This document shows, piece by piece, positions 28,878 through 37,759 of a stretch of 64,000 nt of DNA. The stretch's first letter is position 1, and each line of letters opens with the position of its first letter. The stretch lies in IMG/VR virus record IMGVR_UViG_3300021964_000012, positions 248,001 through 312,000 of that record; one strand, 5' to 3'. The position numbers were made by a program, and so were the translations under genes. Below the pieces are notes generated by a model, which was not told where the DNA came from, made no database searches, and saw nothing but the letters and a program-made list of their open reading frames with translations.

Positions 28878-29222
28878 ATGAATAGACCTATTTGTAGTGC
28901 TTGTAACCGTCGATTAGTCGCAGTTAACTATATCAAAGAAAACAAAACGCACTATCGCACAAGATGTGACAGTTGTATTAGACGAAAAAGAAAGGCTCAG
29001 CCAATAACTCCTCGTTGGATGAGAAATGGTTTTAAGAAAAAAACAAATTGCGATAGATGTGGCTTCTATGCAAAAAGCGGAGCACAGATTTTGGTATTTC
29101 ATATGGATGGAGATTTGAATAACTGTGACTTAACAAATCTAAGGAATGTCTGTTTAAACTGTAGTGTTGAGATTACAAAACTAGAACTACCTTGGCGTAT
29201 TGGAGATTTGGTCGAGGACTAG
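28878..29222 (+). CDS. Zn-binding HNH-like protein (start revised to ATG 28878)
   Basis: CSAC...CDSC; CDRCGF...FHMDGDLNN...NL..VCLNC; last His of HNH replaced. Confidence 0.65.
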   Translation: MNRPICSACNRRLVAVNYIKENKTHYRTRCDSCIRRKRKAQPITPRWMRNGFKKKTNCDRCGFYAKSGAQILVFHMDGDLNNCDLTNLRNVCLNCSVEITKLELPWRIGDLVED

Positions 29223-29810
29223 ACTTTTTAAATCATCTACGGTACTATCATTGTGTAAGATAGTATCAAATCTAGTATTCACATCAATCCATTTGTACTC
29301 ACTTTCGTGTACATCAATACCACTCATTAGATTGCTTGTTTTAGGATTATTATTATCAAAAATAGCTCTGGCAAACCACTCAGGATCTTTGCCTCTTTTT
29401 ACTTGCCAAATTTTGCCGCCAAGTTTGCGTATCATATTTTGCTCGTTACGAAAACGCACATCAGGCACTATATAATCTCCTGGATGGTCTATCAAATATT
29501 TTTTTAAAAGACTTACCCATACGCCATTGTAAAACCCGTCTCGCATACATTCAGTACCAAATTCTTGTAGCACTATACGAGGTGTAATTGTTCTGCCTGT
29601 TTCAGCAGTCCAAAATTCGTCTGCTTGTTCACGCCACTGACGACTTTCTTCGGTATCGCCTTCCAGCATTGCTCTATCCCAGCCAAAGATAGTGGCTACA
29701 CCATCTTTTAGTTTATCAGCAAAACTAATTTTTTTGTATCCTTGCTCTACCAGTATATCAGCAACTGTTCCTTTGCCAGAACCAATTAATCCGCATATTC
29801 CTATTATCAT
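29187..29810 (-). CDS. gp1: Deoxynucleoside monophosphate kinase, T4 gp1-like
   Basis: GICGLIGSGKGTVA P-loop, SFADKLK, PRIVLQEFGTE, VPDVRFRNE, HESE. Confidence 0.9.
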   Translation of the reverse strand: MIIGICGLIGSGKGTVADILVEQGYKKISFADKLKDGVATIFGWDRAMLEGDTEESRQWREQADEFWTAETGRTITPRIVLQEFGTECMRDGFYNGVWVSLLKKYLIDHPGDYIVPDVRFRNEQNMIRKLGGKIWQVKRGKDPEWFARAIFDNNNPKTSNLMSGIDVHESEYKWIDVNTRFDTILHNDSTVDDLKSLVLDQISNTPR

Positions 29811-30328
29811 TTAAGTCCAGTAACTTTTAGATGTTTTATTGTTTGTTGTAGCAAATCTATTTGTCTTCTACAATCTTCGAGTGCATGATGACTTGCACGT
29901 GGCTTCGGCAAATCTGGGTACAAACTATATACAGTTCGTGCATCTCTGACATTCCAAAATTGCCACGGTATAGGCAAGCCTAATTGTTTCATTGCGTTTT
30001 CTAGTATAACCATATCAAATGTTGTACCATTTGCCCATGTGAGATTGCAGTGAAAACATATCTTGCTTAGTTCTTCTAATGCCTGTTTTAGTGGTATTCT
30101 ACCTTCTTCTGAGAATGCTTCATTTTGTGCTTCTTGTGGCTGAGTTGCCCACCATTCTACTGTGGCATCATCAACTTCTCTGTCAGGTTGACTGTCAACA
30201 TCAACTCTTGCATAGTAATCTTGTTTATGGTAACCTATACTGAAAGGATCAAAGGTTTGTGCGGCTATTGTAAGAATACAAGCATCTGGACCTGTACCTA
30301 CAGTTTCTATATCAATCATAATATCCAT
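29807..30328 (-). CDS. DEDDh 3'-5' exonuclease (Rv2179c-like)
   Basis: IMIDIETVG, WANGTTFDMVIL, RDART, HHALEDC. Confidence 0.85.
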   Translation of the reverse strand: MDIMIDIETVGTGPDACILTIAAQTFDPFSIGYHKQDYYARVDVDSQPDREVDDATVEWWATQPQEAQNEAFSEEGRIPLKQALEELSKICFHCNLTWANGTTFDMVILENAMKQLGLPIPWQFWNVRDARTVYSLYPDLPKPRASHHALEDCRRQIDLLQQTIKHLKVTGLK

Positions 30329-30334
30329 ACTATC

Positions 30335-30362
30335 ATTATAACAGTGAATGAAACTATGTCAA
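30335..30362 (-). promoter_or_regulatory. Consensus sigma70 promoter giving a leaderless mRNA
   Basis: TTGACA-N16-TATAAT with extended TGn; 6 nt to ATG 30328, no SD. Confidence 0.75.
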
Positions 30363-30363
30363 C

Positions 30364-30759
30364 CTATTTTCTTGGTTTTACTGTTTTCTTTGTACCTACT
30401 GTGCCTTTAAGACTCGTTTTTGGCGGTTTGTATGCTTTTTGTACTTTTCCACCTGATGATACTGTTTGCTTACGTATTTTATTAAGCATACCTAACAGTT
30501 TACTTGCTGGATTTACACGTTTTGTTTTTTTGGCTTTGCGAGCAGCCTGTTTGCTTTTGGTTTTACGAGTCACTTTCATTTGTGCTCGGCGCTTTTGATC
30601 TATTGGTGCATCGCAATCTTTGGCATTGCCAACAACCCGTCCACGTCTTGCACCACTGGTACAACGCCATTTGGTTTTGAGCTTGTTGCCTTTTCGTGAG
30701 AACACCATTTCGTGCTCATTGACAATCTCAGGTTTGGAAACAAACTCCTCAACACGCAT
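30364..30759 (-). CDS. Basic hypothetical protein (start revised to ATG 30759)
   Basis: TAATG overlap with the gp13 stop; starts MRVEEFVSK; K/R-rich. Confidence 0.6.
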   Translation of the reverse strand: MRVEEFVSKPEIVNEHEMVFSRKGNKLKTKWRCTSGARRGRVVGNAKDCDAPIDQKRRAQMKVTRKTKSKQAARKAKKTKRVNPASKLLGMLNKIRKQTVSSGGKVQKAYKPPKTSLKGTVGTKKTVKPRK

Positions 30760-31532
30760 TAGCCAATTACCCAAGTAAGTGGTTGCGATCCATCAACATA
30801 GTTTTTAAGTTCTTCAATCTTGGCATCCATAATAGCAGAACCTTCTGCTTTCATCTGTGCACCGTTCAAAGCAGTACCACCTTGCGGGCCTGCAATAGTA
30901 GCAAACTTTTCTCTAGCTTCTCCAATAATCAGTTTACAGTTTCCAATCATGTAGTCTTTTATCCACTGTGATGTAGAAAAGTCAGTTAATAGTTGTACCT
31001 CAGGACGTAGATTATAGCACCAAAGCAGAACTGTTTCTCCTGAACCTTTTATGTCACGCATTAGTGTAATTTGTTTTGTTGCACTATTGAAATTGTAATT
31101 TAAAAAACCACCAAACATTTTTGCAGTTAGTTCTACATACTGACTATAAAAATCATAGGTAGCAAGACCACCCATCTGATTGCCATTAAGTAAATAGGTG
31201 TTTAGTGCCGCCGAACTAAAAGGTTCAAATGCTGATCCTTCTCCGCCATTGCTAAATCCAATTGTACGTCGAAACACCTGCCTAACGGTCATGATTTCGC
31301 TTGGCAATGTGTATATGTTTGTGTCTTCTCTAAGAGTGAGAAAATTATAACTTTCTTCAAATGCATTTTCTGCCCTTTGTCGATAGACACCAATAGCTCT
31401 TTGATAAGCACTTTCATAATGACTTGCATCAAGTTCAGTATCAATTATGCCTTCGCCTAATTGTAACTTGATGTAATCAAATACTTCTTGCTTTTTTGTT
31501 TCTAATGTTTGATCAAGTGTTTCAGTTGCCAT
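30759..31532 (-). CDS. gp13: Neck protein, gp13-like
   Basis: YIKLQLG..IDTELD, WIKDYMIG..K..GEAREKF, GPQGGTALNG..MKAEG. Confidence 0.8.
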   Translation of the reverse strand: MATETLDQTLETKKQEVFDYIKLQLGEGIIDTELDASHYESAYQRAIGVYRQRAENAFEESYNFLTLREDTNIYTLPSEIMTVRQVFRRTIGFSNGGEGSAFEPFSSAALNTYLLNGNQMGGLATYDFYSQYVELTAKMFGGFLNYNFNSATKQITLMRDIKGSGETVLLWCYNLRPEVQLLTDFSTSQWIKDYMIGNCKLIIGEAREKFATIAGPQGGTALNGAQMKAEGSAIMDAKIEELKNYVDGSQPLTWVIG

Positions 31533-31557
31533 AATACCATCCTATGACAGTATTTAT
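31533..31557 (-). promoter_or_regulatory. Late promoter overlapping an RBS-sequestering hairpin (gp13)
   Basis: ATAAATA overlaps the 5' arm of AATACTGTC-ATAG-GATGGTATT, which ends next to the ATG. Confidence 0.6.
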
Positions 31558-31562
31558 GCGGA

Positions 31563-32825
31563 TCACCAGGCCTTTAGTATAACCACATGCTCGTTGCCTC
31601 TACCATTGTATTTTATTTCAGTGGCTTTTATATTGGCAAATTGTTTTCTGTTGTTAGGTTTTCCAGCATTCATAAGTTCTTTTAATTGTTCTGCTGGTTT
31701 ACGCAGTGTTTTTTGTACACTTTTGTTTGGATCAAAACCAATCACACTATTGCTTTTAATGCTGTAGGTCTTGATTGTTTCGTCAGCAATGACATATATT
31801 AGTTTACGTGTTTTAGTATTGTAAAGCCATGCTTCAGAACCGTGAACTAATTTTTCTGGCGAAACACTAGTCAGTTCAAGCTCATCAAAACGTCTAAGAT
31901 ACTTGAACTTACGTACTAATTGTGCAGGTGTTTTTTGTTTGGCAACTCTAGGAGCTCTATCTGCTTTTTTAACCTGTACATAACTTGCACAGTCAGCAAC
32001 TGCACGTTCTAAAAACTTTTGCATTGCACGTATCTGTAACTTGCCTAAATGGCTATATCCTTCTTCTAGTTGTGCTATCATATCAAGTTCTTGTTCTGAC
32101 ATTTTAGCCTGTTCTTTTTTACTAGGCGGGTTCATAAGTTCATTGATTTCACTAAGTTGTGCTTTGAGTGGATCAGCAATAATATCTATTGTTTGCGGCG
32201 GACATCCTTCATCACGTAACAATTTCATAAGACTGTACTTATCAGGATCCTTACAGTCGTTTGCCATAAACTGATCAACCAGTTCATGCACTGCACCTTC
32301 GATATCCATTGTTTTATCACGCATGTTTTCTTGTATGGTTTTGCGTTCGACTTTTGGTTTTGTATTATCTACAACAAGTTTTGGTACAGGTGGTGTACGT
32401 TCTAGGGCTTGTGCAATAGTTTTTTTAACATAATCGCTAGTAGGATGTACATCACCAATTGTGCCTGGCAGTGTTTGCCAGTATGAGTCGTGCTCAGGAT
32501 GTACGTCTGGCATACCTTGACGTAAACATCTTGCATAGATACTTGCATATACCATTCCATTGTGTCCATGACGTTTCATAGTAGCAATATCTTCTTTGCT
32601 GTAGTTGTTTTCTTTCATCCATGCTAACAGGTCTGGAAACAGTTCAACAGGCTTACGTTCTTGGTAATACCAATCAACTGAAACCATCTTGTGCTTATGG
32701 TAGGCTTGTCCGCTCATTTGCAATGCAGTTGACCAATCAGGGTCTAATGCTTTACTTCGTTGTTTTCTTACTACCGGCTTTTTCTTACGAGTGCCTGGCT
32801 TCATTAAACTTTTGCCTTTTGCCAT
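31563..32825 (-). CDS. Early hypothetical protein (420 aa)
   Basis: Basic N-terminus; C-terminal WLYNTKTRKL...GFD..S.QKTLRKP; sigma70-like promoter and GGAG SD upstream. Confidence 0.7.
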   Translation of the reverse strand: MAKGKSLMKPGTRKKKPVVRKQRSKALDPDWSTALQMSGQAYHKHKMVSVDWYYQERKPVELFPDLLAWMKENNYSKEDIATMKRHGHNGMVYASIYARCLRQGMPDVHPEHDSYWQTLPGTIGDVHPTSDYVKKTIAQALERTPPVPKLVVDNTKPKVERKTIQENMRDKTMDIEGAVHELVDQFMANDCKDPDKYSLMKLLRDEGCPPQTIDIIADPLKAQLSEINELMNPPSKKEQAKMSEQELDMIAQLEEGYSHLGKLQIRAMQKFLERAVADCASYVQVKKADRAPRVAKQKTPAQLVRKFKYLRRFDELELTSVSPEKLVHGSEAWLYNTKTRKLIYVIADETIKTYSIKSNSVIGFDPNKSVQKTLRKPAEQLKELMNAGKPNNRKQFANIKATEIKYNGRGNEHVVILKAW

Positions 32826-32856
32826 CGAATTCTCCTAAAGTTCTAACTGTTTACAG

Positions 32857-32884
32857 AGTATAACATGTATGTAGTTAGTGTCAA
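32857..32884 (-). promoter_or_regulatory. sigma70-like early promoter (leftward)
   Basis: TTGACA-N16-TATACT with extended TGn. Confidence 0.7.
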
Positions 32885-32917
32885 CCACGATTATTTTATT
32901 CTTTTCAAATAAAAAGG

Positions 32918-32945
32918 TTGACTTATACTGTGACTGTGTTATTAT
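32918..32945 (+). promoter_or_regulatory. sigma70-like early promoter (rightward)
   Basis: TTGACT-N16-TATTAT with extended TGn and an upstream A-tract. Confidence 0.7.
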
Positions 32946-32975
32946 GTATGTACAGTTAGAAAAAAGGAACAGTAT

Positions 32976-33203
32976 ATGAAGAAGAAAATACAAATTATTG
33001 GAATAGTAAAAGAAGATAGTGTTAATGTAGAATACGAAACTGGCAAGCACGATAGTATTAGTAGTGCAGAAGCTGAATTGCTTACTATGATGGACTACAC
33101 AAAATCAGGTCCGTTTCCGGTTAATAATATCAAACTGGTAAAAACTATATACAACTTTGTAGAATGCTATGAAGATGAATTTAAGGATTGGAAGTATGCT
33201 TAA
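32976..33203 (+). CDS. Small early hypothetical protein
   Basis: 75 aa, AAGGA SD. Confidence 0.65.
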   Translation: MKKKIQIIGIVKEDSVNVEYETGKHDSISSAEAELLTMMDYTKSGPFPVNNIKLVKTIYNFVECYEDEFKDWKYA

Positions 33204-33357
33204 TGAAACATTACAACTATACGAACGTCGTATAGACAACTGCTGGCAAGCCGCAGAATTTTGTGCTGATGGCACATGGGGTAGAGAATATTGGACTCAG
33301 AATGCAATGTATCTTCTTCGACAACTAAACCGTGAACTTAATGGAGAAAACAAATGA
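33196..33357 (+). CDS. Small early hypothetical protein (start probably ATG 33196)
   Basis: MLNETLQLYERRIDNCWQAAEFC...; overlaps both neighbours by a few nt. Confidence 0.55.
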   Translation: MLNETLQLYERRIDNCWQAAEFCADGTWGREYWTQNAMYLLRQLNRELNGENK

Positions 33358-33575
33358 AATTTATGTTGATTTCAATGATGTTAGCAAACCCAATGGTATA
33401 TGCTAACGAAAAAACCTGTAATGTTGCCGCTGATGCACTAAAAAATGTCGATATAGAAGCAGTGTGTATTCCAGCAGGAGAACAAGCAAAAAATCCAGGC
33501 GATGCAATGCTAGAAGGTTTTATGAAGCTTATTGATCAAATGGAAAAAATGCATAATCAAAGTATGTCAAAATGA
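33354..33575 (+). CDS. Small protein with signal-peptide-like N-terminus
   Basis: MKFMLISMMLANPMVYA then two Cys; GGAG SD; ATGA overlap. Confidence 0.6.
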   Translation: MKFMLISMMLANPMVYANEKTCNVAADALKNVDIEAVCIPAGEQAKNPGDAMLEGFMKLIDQMEKMHNQSMSK

Positions 33576-33868
33576 ATGCTACTTTACTAGGATTACAATT
33601 TGATACCAGCAAGTATCATAAAGGCATACAACTTGTATTAGACTTTAAGGATTATGAGTTGAGTGTTGTACAACATGACGGAAGTTATGGTGGCACTCAA
33701 GGTTTGTTTGAAATTATGGTAAGTGATGAAAATGGAGGAGTTGAACTTCCTGGTATCACAGAGCCAGGCGATACTGTTAAAGGCTGGTTGACTTTAGAAG
33801 ATGTTAGTTCTATATGCAAGAAGATGACTTCAATCACTGGCAACGATCCAGTGAAGGTTGCTATCTAG
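33572..33868 (+). CDS. Small early phage hypothetical protein
   Basis: YELSVV..SYGG..GLFEIMV...VKGWLT..DV motif common in lytic phage early genes. Confidence 0.65.
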   Translation: MNATLLGLQFDTSKYHKGIQLVLDFKDYELSVVQHDGSYGGTQGLFEIMVSDENGGVELPGITEPGDTVKGWLTLEDVSSICKKMTSITGNDPVKVAI

Positions 33869-33872
33869 GACC

Positions 33873-33900
33873 ATAAATACAGTAATAAGGATTACTGTAT
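33873..33900 (+). promoter_or_regulatory. Late promoter overlapping an RBS-sequestering hairpin (gp14)
   Basis: ATAAATA 33873..33879; perfect 10-bp stem ATACAGTAAT-AAGG-ATTACTGTAT covering the SD and the AT of ATG. Confidence 0.7.
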
Positions 33901-35257
33901 GCCCAGATTAAGTTTATATCGCCCAAATCGACAAAACGATTACAAGTTTATTGACCGCACTGTTATGGAAATGTATCAAGTTGGCGGTGTTGACATGTTT
34001 GTACACAAGTATCTCGGTCCTCAAGTTACTGGTGATGACAGTTCAAGTGTCAGCGGTGGCACACAGGATGCAACACAACCAGCCTATAGTACCGAATCAC
34101 CTTTGTTCATTGAAGATTTATTTTTGCTGGAAAACAGAGATCGCAAGTACGATGACGATGTTTATCAAATGCGAGGTGTTTACAATTCACAGGACATAGA
34201 TTTTGATCTAAGTCAATTTGGATTGTTTTTAAACAACGATACACTGTTTATTACTTTCCATTATAACTTTATGATAGATACAATTGGTCGTAAACTTATG
34301 AGTGGAGATGTACTTGAATTACCAAATCTTAAAGACTATAACCCTCTTGATAGTAGTATTGCTCGAGCTATACCTAAATACTATGTAATACAAGACGCGG
34401 CGTTTGCAAGTGAAGGATTTTCGCAAACATGGTTGCCGCATTTATGGCGTGTCAAAGCTACACCACTGGTAAGTGCTCAAGAATACAACGACATACTTAA
34501 AAAACCATTTGCAGAAAAAAATATTTGGGATAATGGAAATTATTATCCAAAAGGCAGTACTGTTTTAAGTGGTGATACCTATTACAAAGCAATCAAAGAC
34601 GTAGACCCTGGTGTTGAAATCACCGATACTACGCATTGGGAAGAATTTGAACCCACAAGCGAACGTGACACATTTGGCACAGTACAAAAAGACCTAGAGC
34701 TTAATGATGCTATTTTACAACAGGCAGAATATGAGGTTCCACTCAGTGGTTACGACTCTGTAAAATTTTACATTGTTCCAACAAACGAAGACGGTTCACC
34801 AGCAGATCCAAACAGTTACACTGTTGATAATAATGGTATTACAGTTGATACAACAAATGTAGATGTTGATGGACAACCACAATCTCCAAGAGCAAACGGT
34901 TACACACTGGGTTATCTAACCGGCGATGGCTTAGCACCAAATGGATTACCAGTTACACCAGGTATTAGTTTTCCAAGCAACCCACAAGAAGGCGACTTTG
35001 CACTACGATTAGACTATTATCCAAACAGACTTTTTCGCTATAGTGGTACACGATGGATTAAGTACGAGGACGATGTGAGAACCAACTTGACACCAGGCGA
35101 TATTACAAAGACAGTTACAGGATACGGAAACGTAACTTCACAAACACAAAGAAGTAGTTTTGTAAACAACACAAACCAAACTGCTACTGAAGATCGTGGT
35201 AATATTCCAGAGCGTCAACCATTGAGTAAGTTGCTTAAACCACAGGCTGATAACTAA
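33899..35257 (+). CDS. gp14: Neck protein, gp14-like, with insertions
   Basis: MPRLSLY...YQVGG..MFVHKY, FLENRDRKYD, DLSQFGLFL, GRKLMSGDVLELP; precedes gp15. Confidence 0.7.
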   Translation: MPRLSLYRPNRQNDYKFIDRTVMEMYQVGGVDMFVHKYLGPQVTGDDSSSVSGGTQDATQPAYSTESPLFIEDLFLLENRDRKYDDDVYQMRGVYNSQDIDFDLSQFGLFLNNDTLFITFHYNFMIDTIGRKLMSGDVLELPNLKDYNPLDSSIARAIPKYYVIQDAAFASEGFSQTWLPHLWRVKATPLVSAQEYNDILKKPFAEKNIWDNGNYYPKGSTVLSGDTYYKAIKDVDPGVEITDTTHWEEFEPTSERDTFGTVQKDLELNDAILQQAEYEVPLSGYDSVKFYIVPTNEDGSPADPNSYTVDNNGITVDTTNVDVDGQPQSPRANGYTLGYLTGDGLAPNGLPVTPGISFPSNPQEGDFALRLDYYPNRLFRYSGTRWIKYEDDVRTNLTPGDITKTVTGYGNVTSQTQRSSFVNNTNQTATEDRGNIPERQPLSKLLKPQADN

Positions 35258-36663
35258 TGCAACAATTTTTTTATGACGAACAGATACGTCGATTTCTACT
35301 GCAAGTTACCAGGGTATTTTCAAACTTTCAAGTAGAATACGGTTATGAAACCGACAATCCTCAAAAGAAAGCTCTGTATAGAGTTCCGGTTCGTTACGGT
35401 GATGCAACAAGACAAGCTCAAACAATCATACAACAGAACAGTGCCAACAGTTTACCCAGCACACCTCTTATGACATTCCATGTAACAAACCTAAATTATG
35501 CAAGAGATAGAATACAGGAACCATATTTTGTTGAAAAACAAAATGTAAGACAACGTTATTGGGATACAGAAAGTGAATCCTATGAAACAACACAAGGAAC
35601 AGCTTTTACAATAGAAAAGCTGATGCCGGTTCCTTATGATTTGGAAATCAATGTTGATATATGGACATCAAATACCAATCAAAAATTACAAATACTTGAA
35701 CAAATATTAACACTTTTTAATCCAGGGTTAGAAATTCAAAGCACAGATAACTTTATAGACTGGACAAGTTTAAGTGTTATGTATCTCGAACAGGTTACAT
35801 GGAGTTCAAGAAATATACCTCAAGGAACTGACGATCCAATTGATATTGCAACATTGCGTTTTGTGATGCCTATATGGATAAGTCCGCCGGCAAAAGTTAA
35901 AAAACTTGGAGTTGTTGAAAAGATTATTGCTAGTGTATACGACGGTTCTGGTGATATGAATGAAGCAATATATGATAGTGATTTATTGCTAGGCACAAGA
36001 CAAAAATTTACACCTTTTAATTATCAAACTCTTTTGCTTGGAAACAAACTACAGGTACTTGAACCCCAAGCAGTTGTGACTAACAATAGCGGAGTGCAAG
36101 TGCCAAGTGCTCCTCCAAGCAATCTACTTTGGCATACTGTAATTGATCTATATGGAAGCCTAAGAGCTGGTATAAGTCAAATTAGATTAGACAATCCATA
36201 TGATGATACACAGATTATTGGTACAGTAGCATATGATCCTAGTGATGATAGATTTTTATTGTTTACTGTGGATACAGACACTATTCCACAAAACACACTT
36301 GATCCTATAAATGCCATAGTAAACCCACAGGCAAAAGGCCCTGATACAACAAACGGTCTACCAGCGGCATCAGAAGGACAAAGGTATTTGTTTATAAATG
36401 ATACTGGAAGCGATAGTGCAGAAGATCCTGGTTTTGCCGAAGCATGGCGTGGTACTGATGGATCAACTTTGATTGCAAATACAAACGATATTGTAGAATA
36501 TGATGGCGTACGTTGGAATATTGCATTTGACTCAAGCAACGAAAGCAATTTACAATATGTAACAAACCTTACAACCAGTGTGCAATACAGATGGGCAGAC
36601 AATCAGTGGCTAAAAAGCTATGAAGGACTTTATCCTGAAGGCGAATGGAGCATTGTGCTTTGA
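35257..36663 (+). CDS. gp15: Tail terminator/sheath stabiliser, gp15-like, with C-terminal extension
   Basis: FFYDEQIRRF, VPVRYG, MPVPYDL, QILEQILTLFNP. Confidence 0.8.
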   Translation: MQQFFYDEQIRRFLLQVTRVFSNFQVEYGYETDNPQKKALYRVPVRYGDATRQAQTIIQQNSANSLPSTPLMTFHVTNLNYARDRIQEPYFVEKQNVRQRYWDTESESYETTQGTAFTIEKLMPVPYDLEINVDIWTSNTNQKLQILEQILTLFNPGLEIQSTDNFIDWTSLSVMYLEQVTWSSRNIPQGTDDPIDIATLRFVMPIWISPPAKVKKLGVVEKIIASVYDGSGDMNEAIYDSDLLLGTRQKFTPFNYQTLLLGNKLQVLEPQAVVTNNSGVQVPSAPPSNLLWHTVIDLYGSLRAGISQIRLDNPYDDTQIIGTVAYDPSDDRFLLFTVDTDTIPQNTLDPINAIVNPQAKGPDTTNGLPAASEGQRYLFINDTGSDSAEDPGFAEAWRGTDGSTLIANTNDIVEYDGVRWNIAFDSSNESNLQYVTNLTTSVQYRWADNQWLKSYEGLYPEGEWSIVL

Positions 36664-37103
36664 TAAACGCAGTCGGAGTTTGGTTTTACAGTATTAAAAC
36701 AAATCGATATCTTTATCTACTAAGAAATGACAGTAAGAATCCTGGTTGCTGGGGCCTTCCAGGTGGTAAGGTCGATAACGGAGAGAATTTGCAAGAAGCA
36801 ATGACACGTGAATGCACAGAAGAAATTGGACTATGGCCTGATACAATTAAACTGGTTCCAATTGAAAAATTTACCAGCATTGACAATAAATTTTCTTACC
36901 ATACATTTCTTTGTTTAATAAAAGAAGAATTTACCCCAATATTAAACAGTGAACATCATGGATATTCCTGGATTAAATCAGGAGTTTATCCTAAACCGTT
37001 ACATCCTGGTCTATGGACTACAATTAACTTTCAAGAAATACTTGATAAAATTGAGAGCATTAAACAGTTTCAAATATCACAAAATGAAACAAATTCTCCG
37101 TAG
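36645..37103 (+). CDS. Nudix hydrolase
   Basis: WGLPGGKVDNGENLQEAMTRECTEEIG Nudix box; LNSEHHGYSW. Confidence 0.9.
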   Translation: MEHCALINAVGVWFYSIKTNRYLYLLRNDSKNPGCWGLPGGKVDNGENLQEAMTRECTEEIGLWPDTIKLVPIEKFTSIDNKFSYHTFLCLIKEEFTPILNSEHHGYSWIKSGVYPKPLHPGLWTTINFQEILDKIESIKQFQISQNETNSP

Positions 37104-37759
37104 GTCCAGGTATCAAAATTAATATTTTGTTTCCACACATTGCTCGGTGGAATGTTGTCTGAAACAAATACAAATTTTACATCACGGTACTGACTCATAA
37201 CTTGATTCATCTGGTTAACCAATTGTTCATCAAATTCACCAACACTATTACGTGCATCAGCACCTAATAGAAAAACTTCTTTGTGTCCGTCAAAACACGC
37301 TAGCCACGTAGCAACTGTGAGACTACGTCCTCTTGTTCCATATGGAACTAGATAGAACTCACCAGCGTTAGAAATACAATTTCTTGCATTGCTATACACA
37401 CTTACTTTTTTTTGATAACCTGTTTCTAATAACTCATTGAGTTTTTCTTGATCAAATTCTACATAAAAATCGCATTGCATTTCTTGCCAACAACCTTGAG
37501 AACCATAACTTTGTAATCTCTTACGACCAAGGTGCCATCCGGCATGTCGTTCAATGTTGTTTTTTAAATTAAACTTCCCGTGAAGTTTTGTTGTATATCG
37601 GCTGTCTCCGTTGCCGATTACTGCGGCTCTTCCAGAAATATGTTGATTTTCAATTGGATTATCAATCCATTCACGTTCTTGATGTTTTTTACCATTTTTA
37701 ATAGTGTTACTAACAATAACAAATTCGCCATCATAGTCAGTACGATATCTTTGTAACAT
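37070..37759 (-). CDS. CstII/Maf (DUF115)-fold glycosyltransferase-like protein, divergent copy
   Basis: AAVIGNGDSR; ATWLACFDGHKEVFLLGAD; paralog of 52664..53251. Confidence 0.55.
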   Translation of the reverse strand: MLQRYRTDYDGEFVIVSNTIKNGKKHQEREWIDNPIENQHISGRAAVIGNGDSRYTTKLHGKFNLKNNIERHAGWHLGRKRLQSYGSQGCWQEMQCDFYVEFDQEKLNELLETGYQKKVSVYSNARNCISNAGEFYLVPYGTRGRSLTVATWLACFDGHKEVFLLGADARNSVGEFDEQLVNQMNQVMSQYRDVKFVFVSDNIPPSNVWKQNINFDTWTYGEFVSFCDI

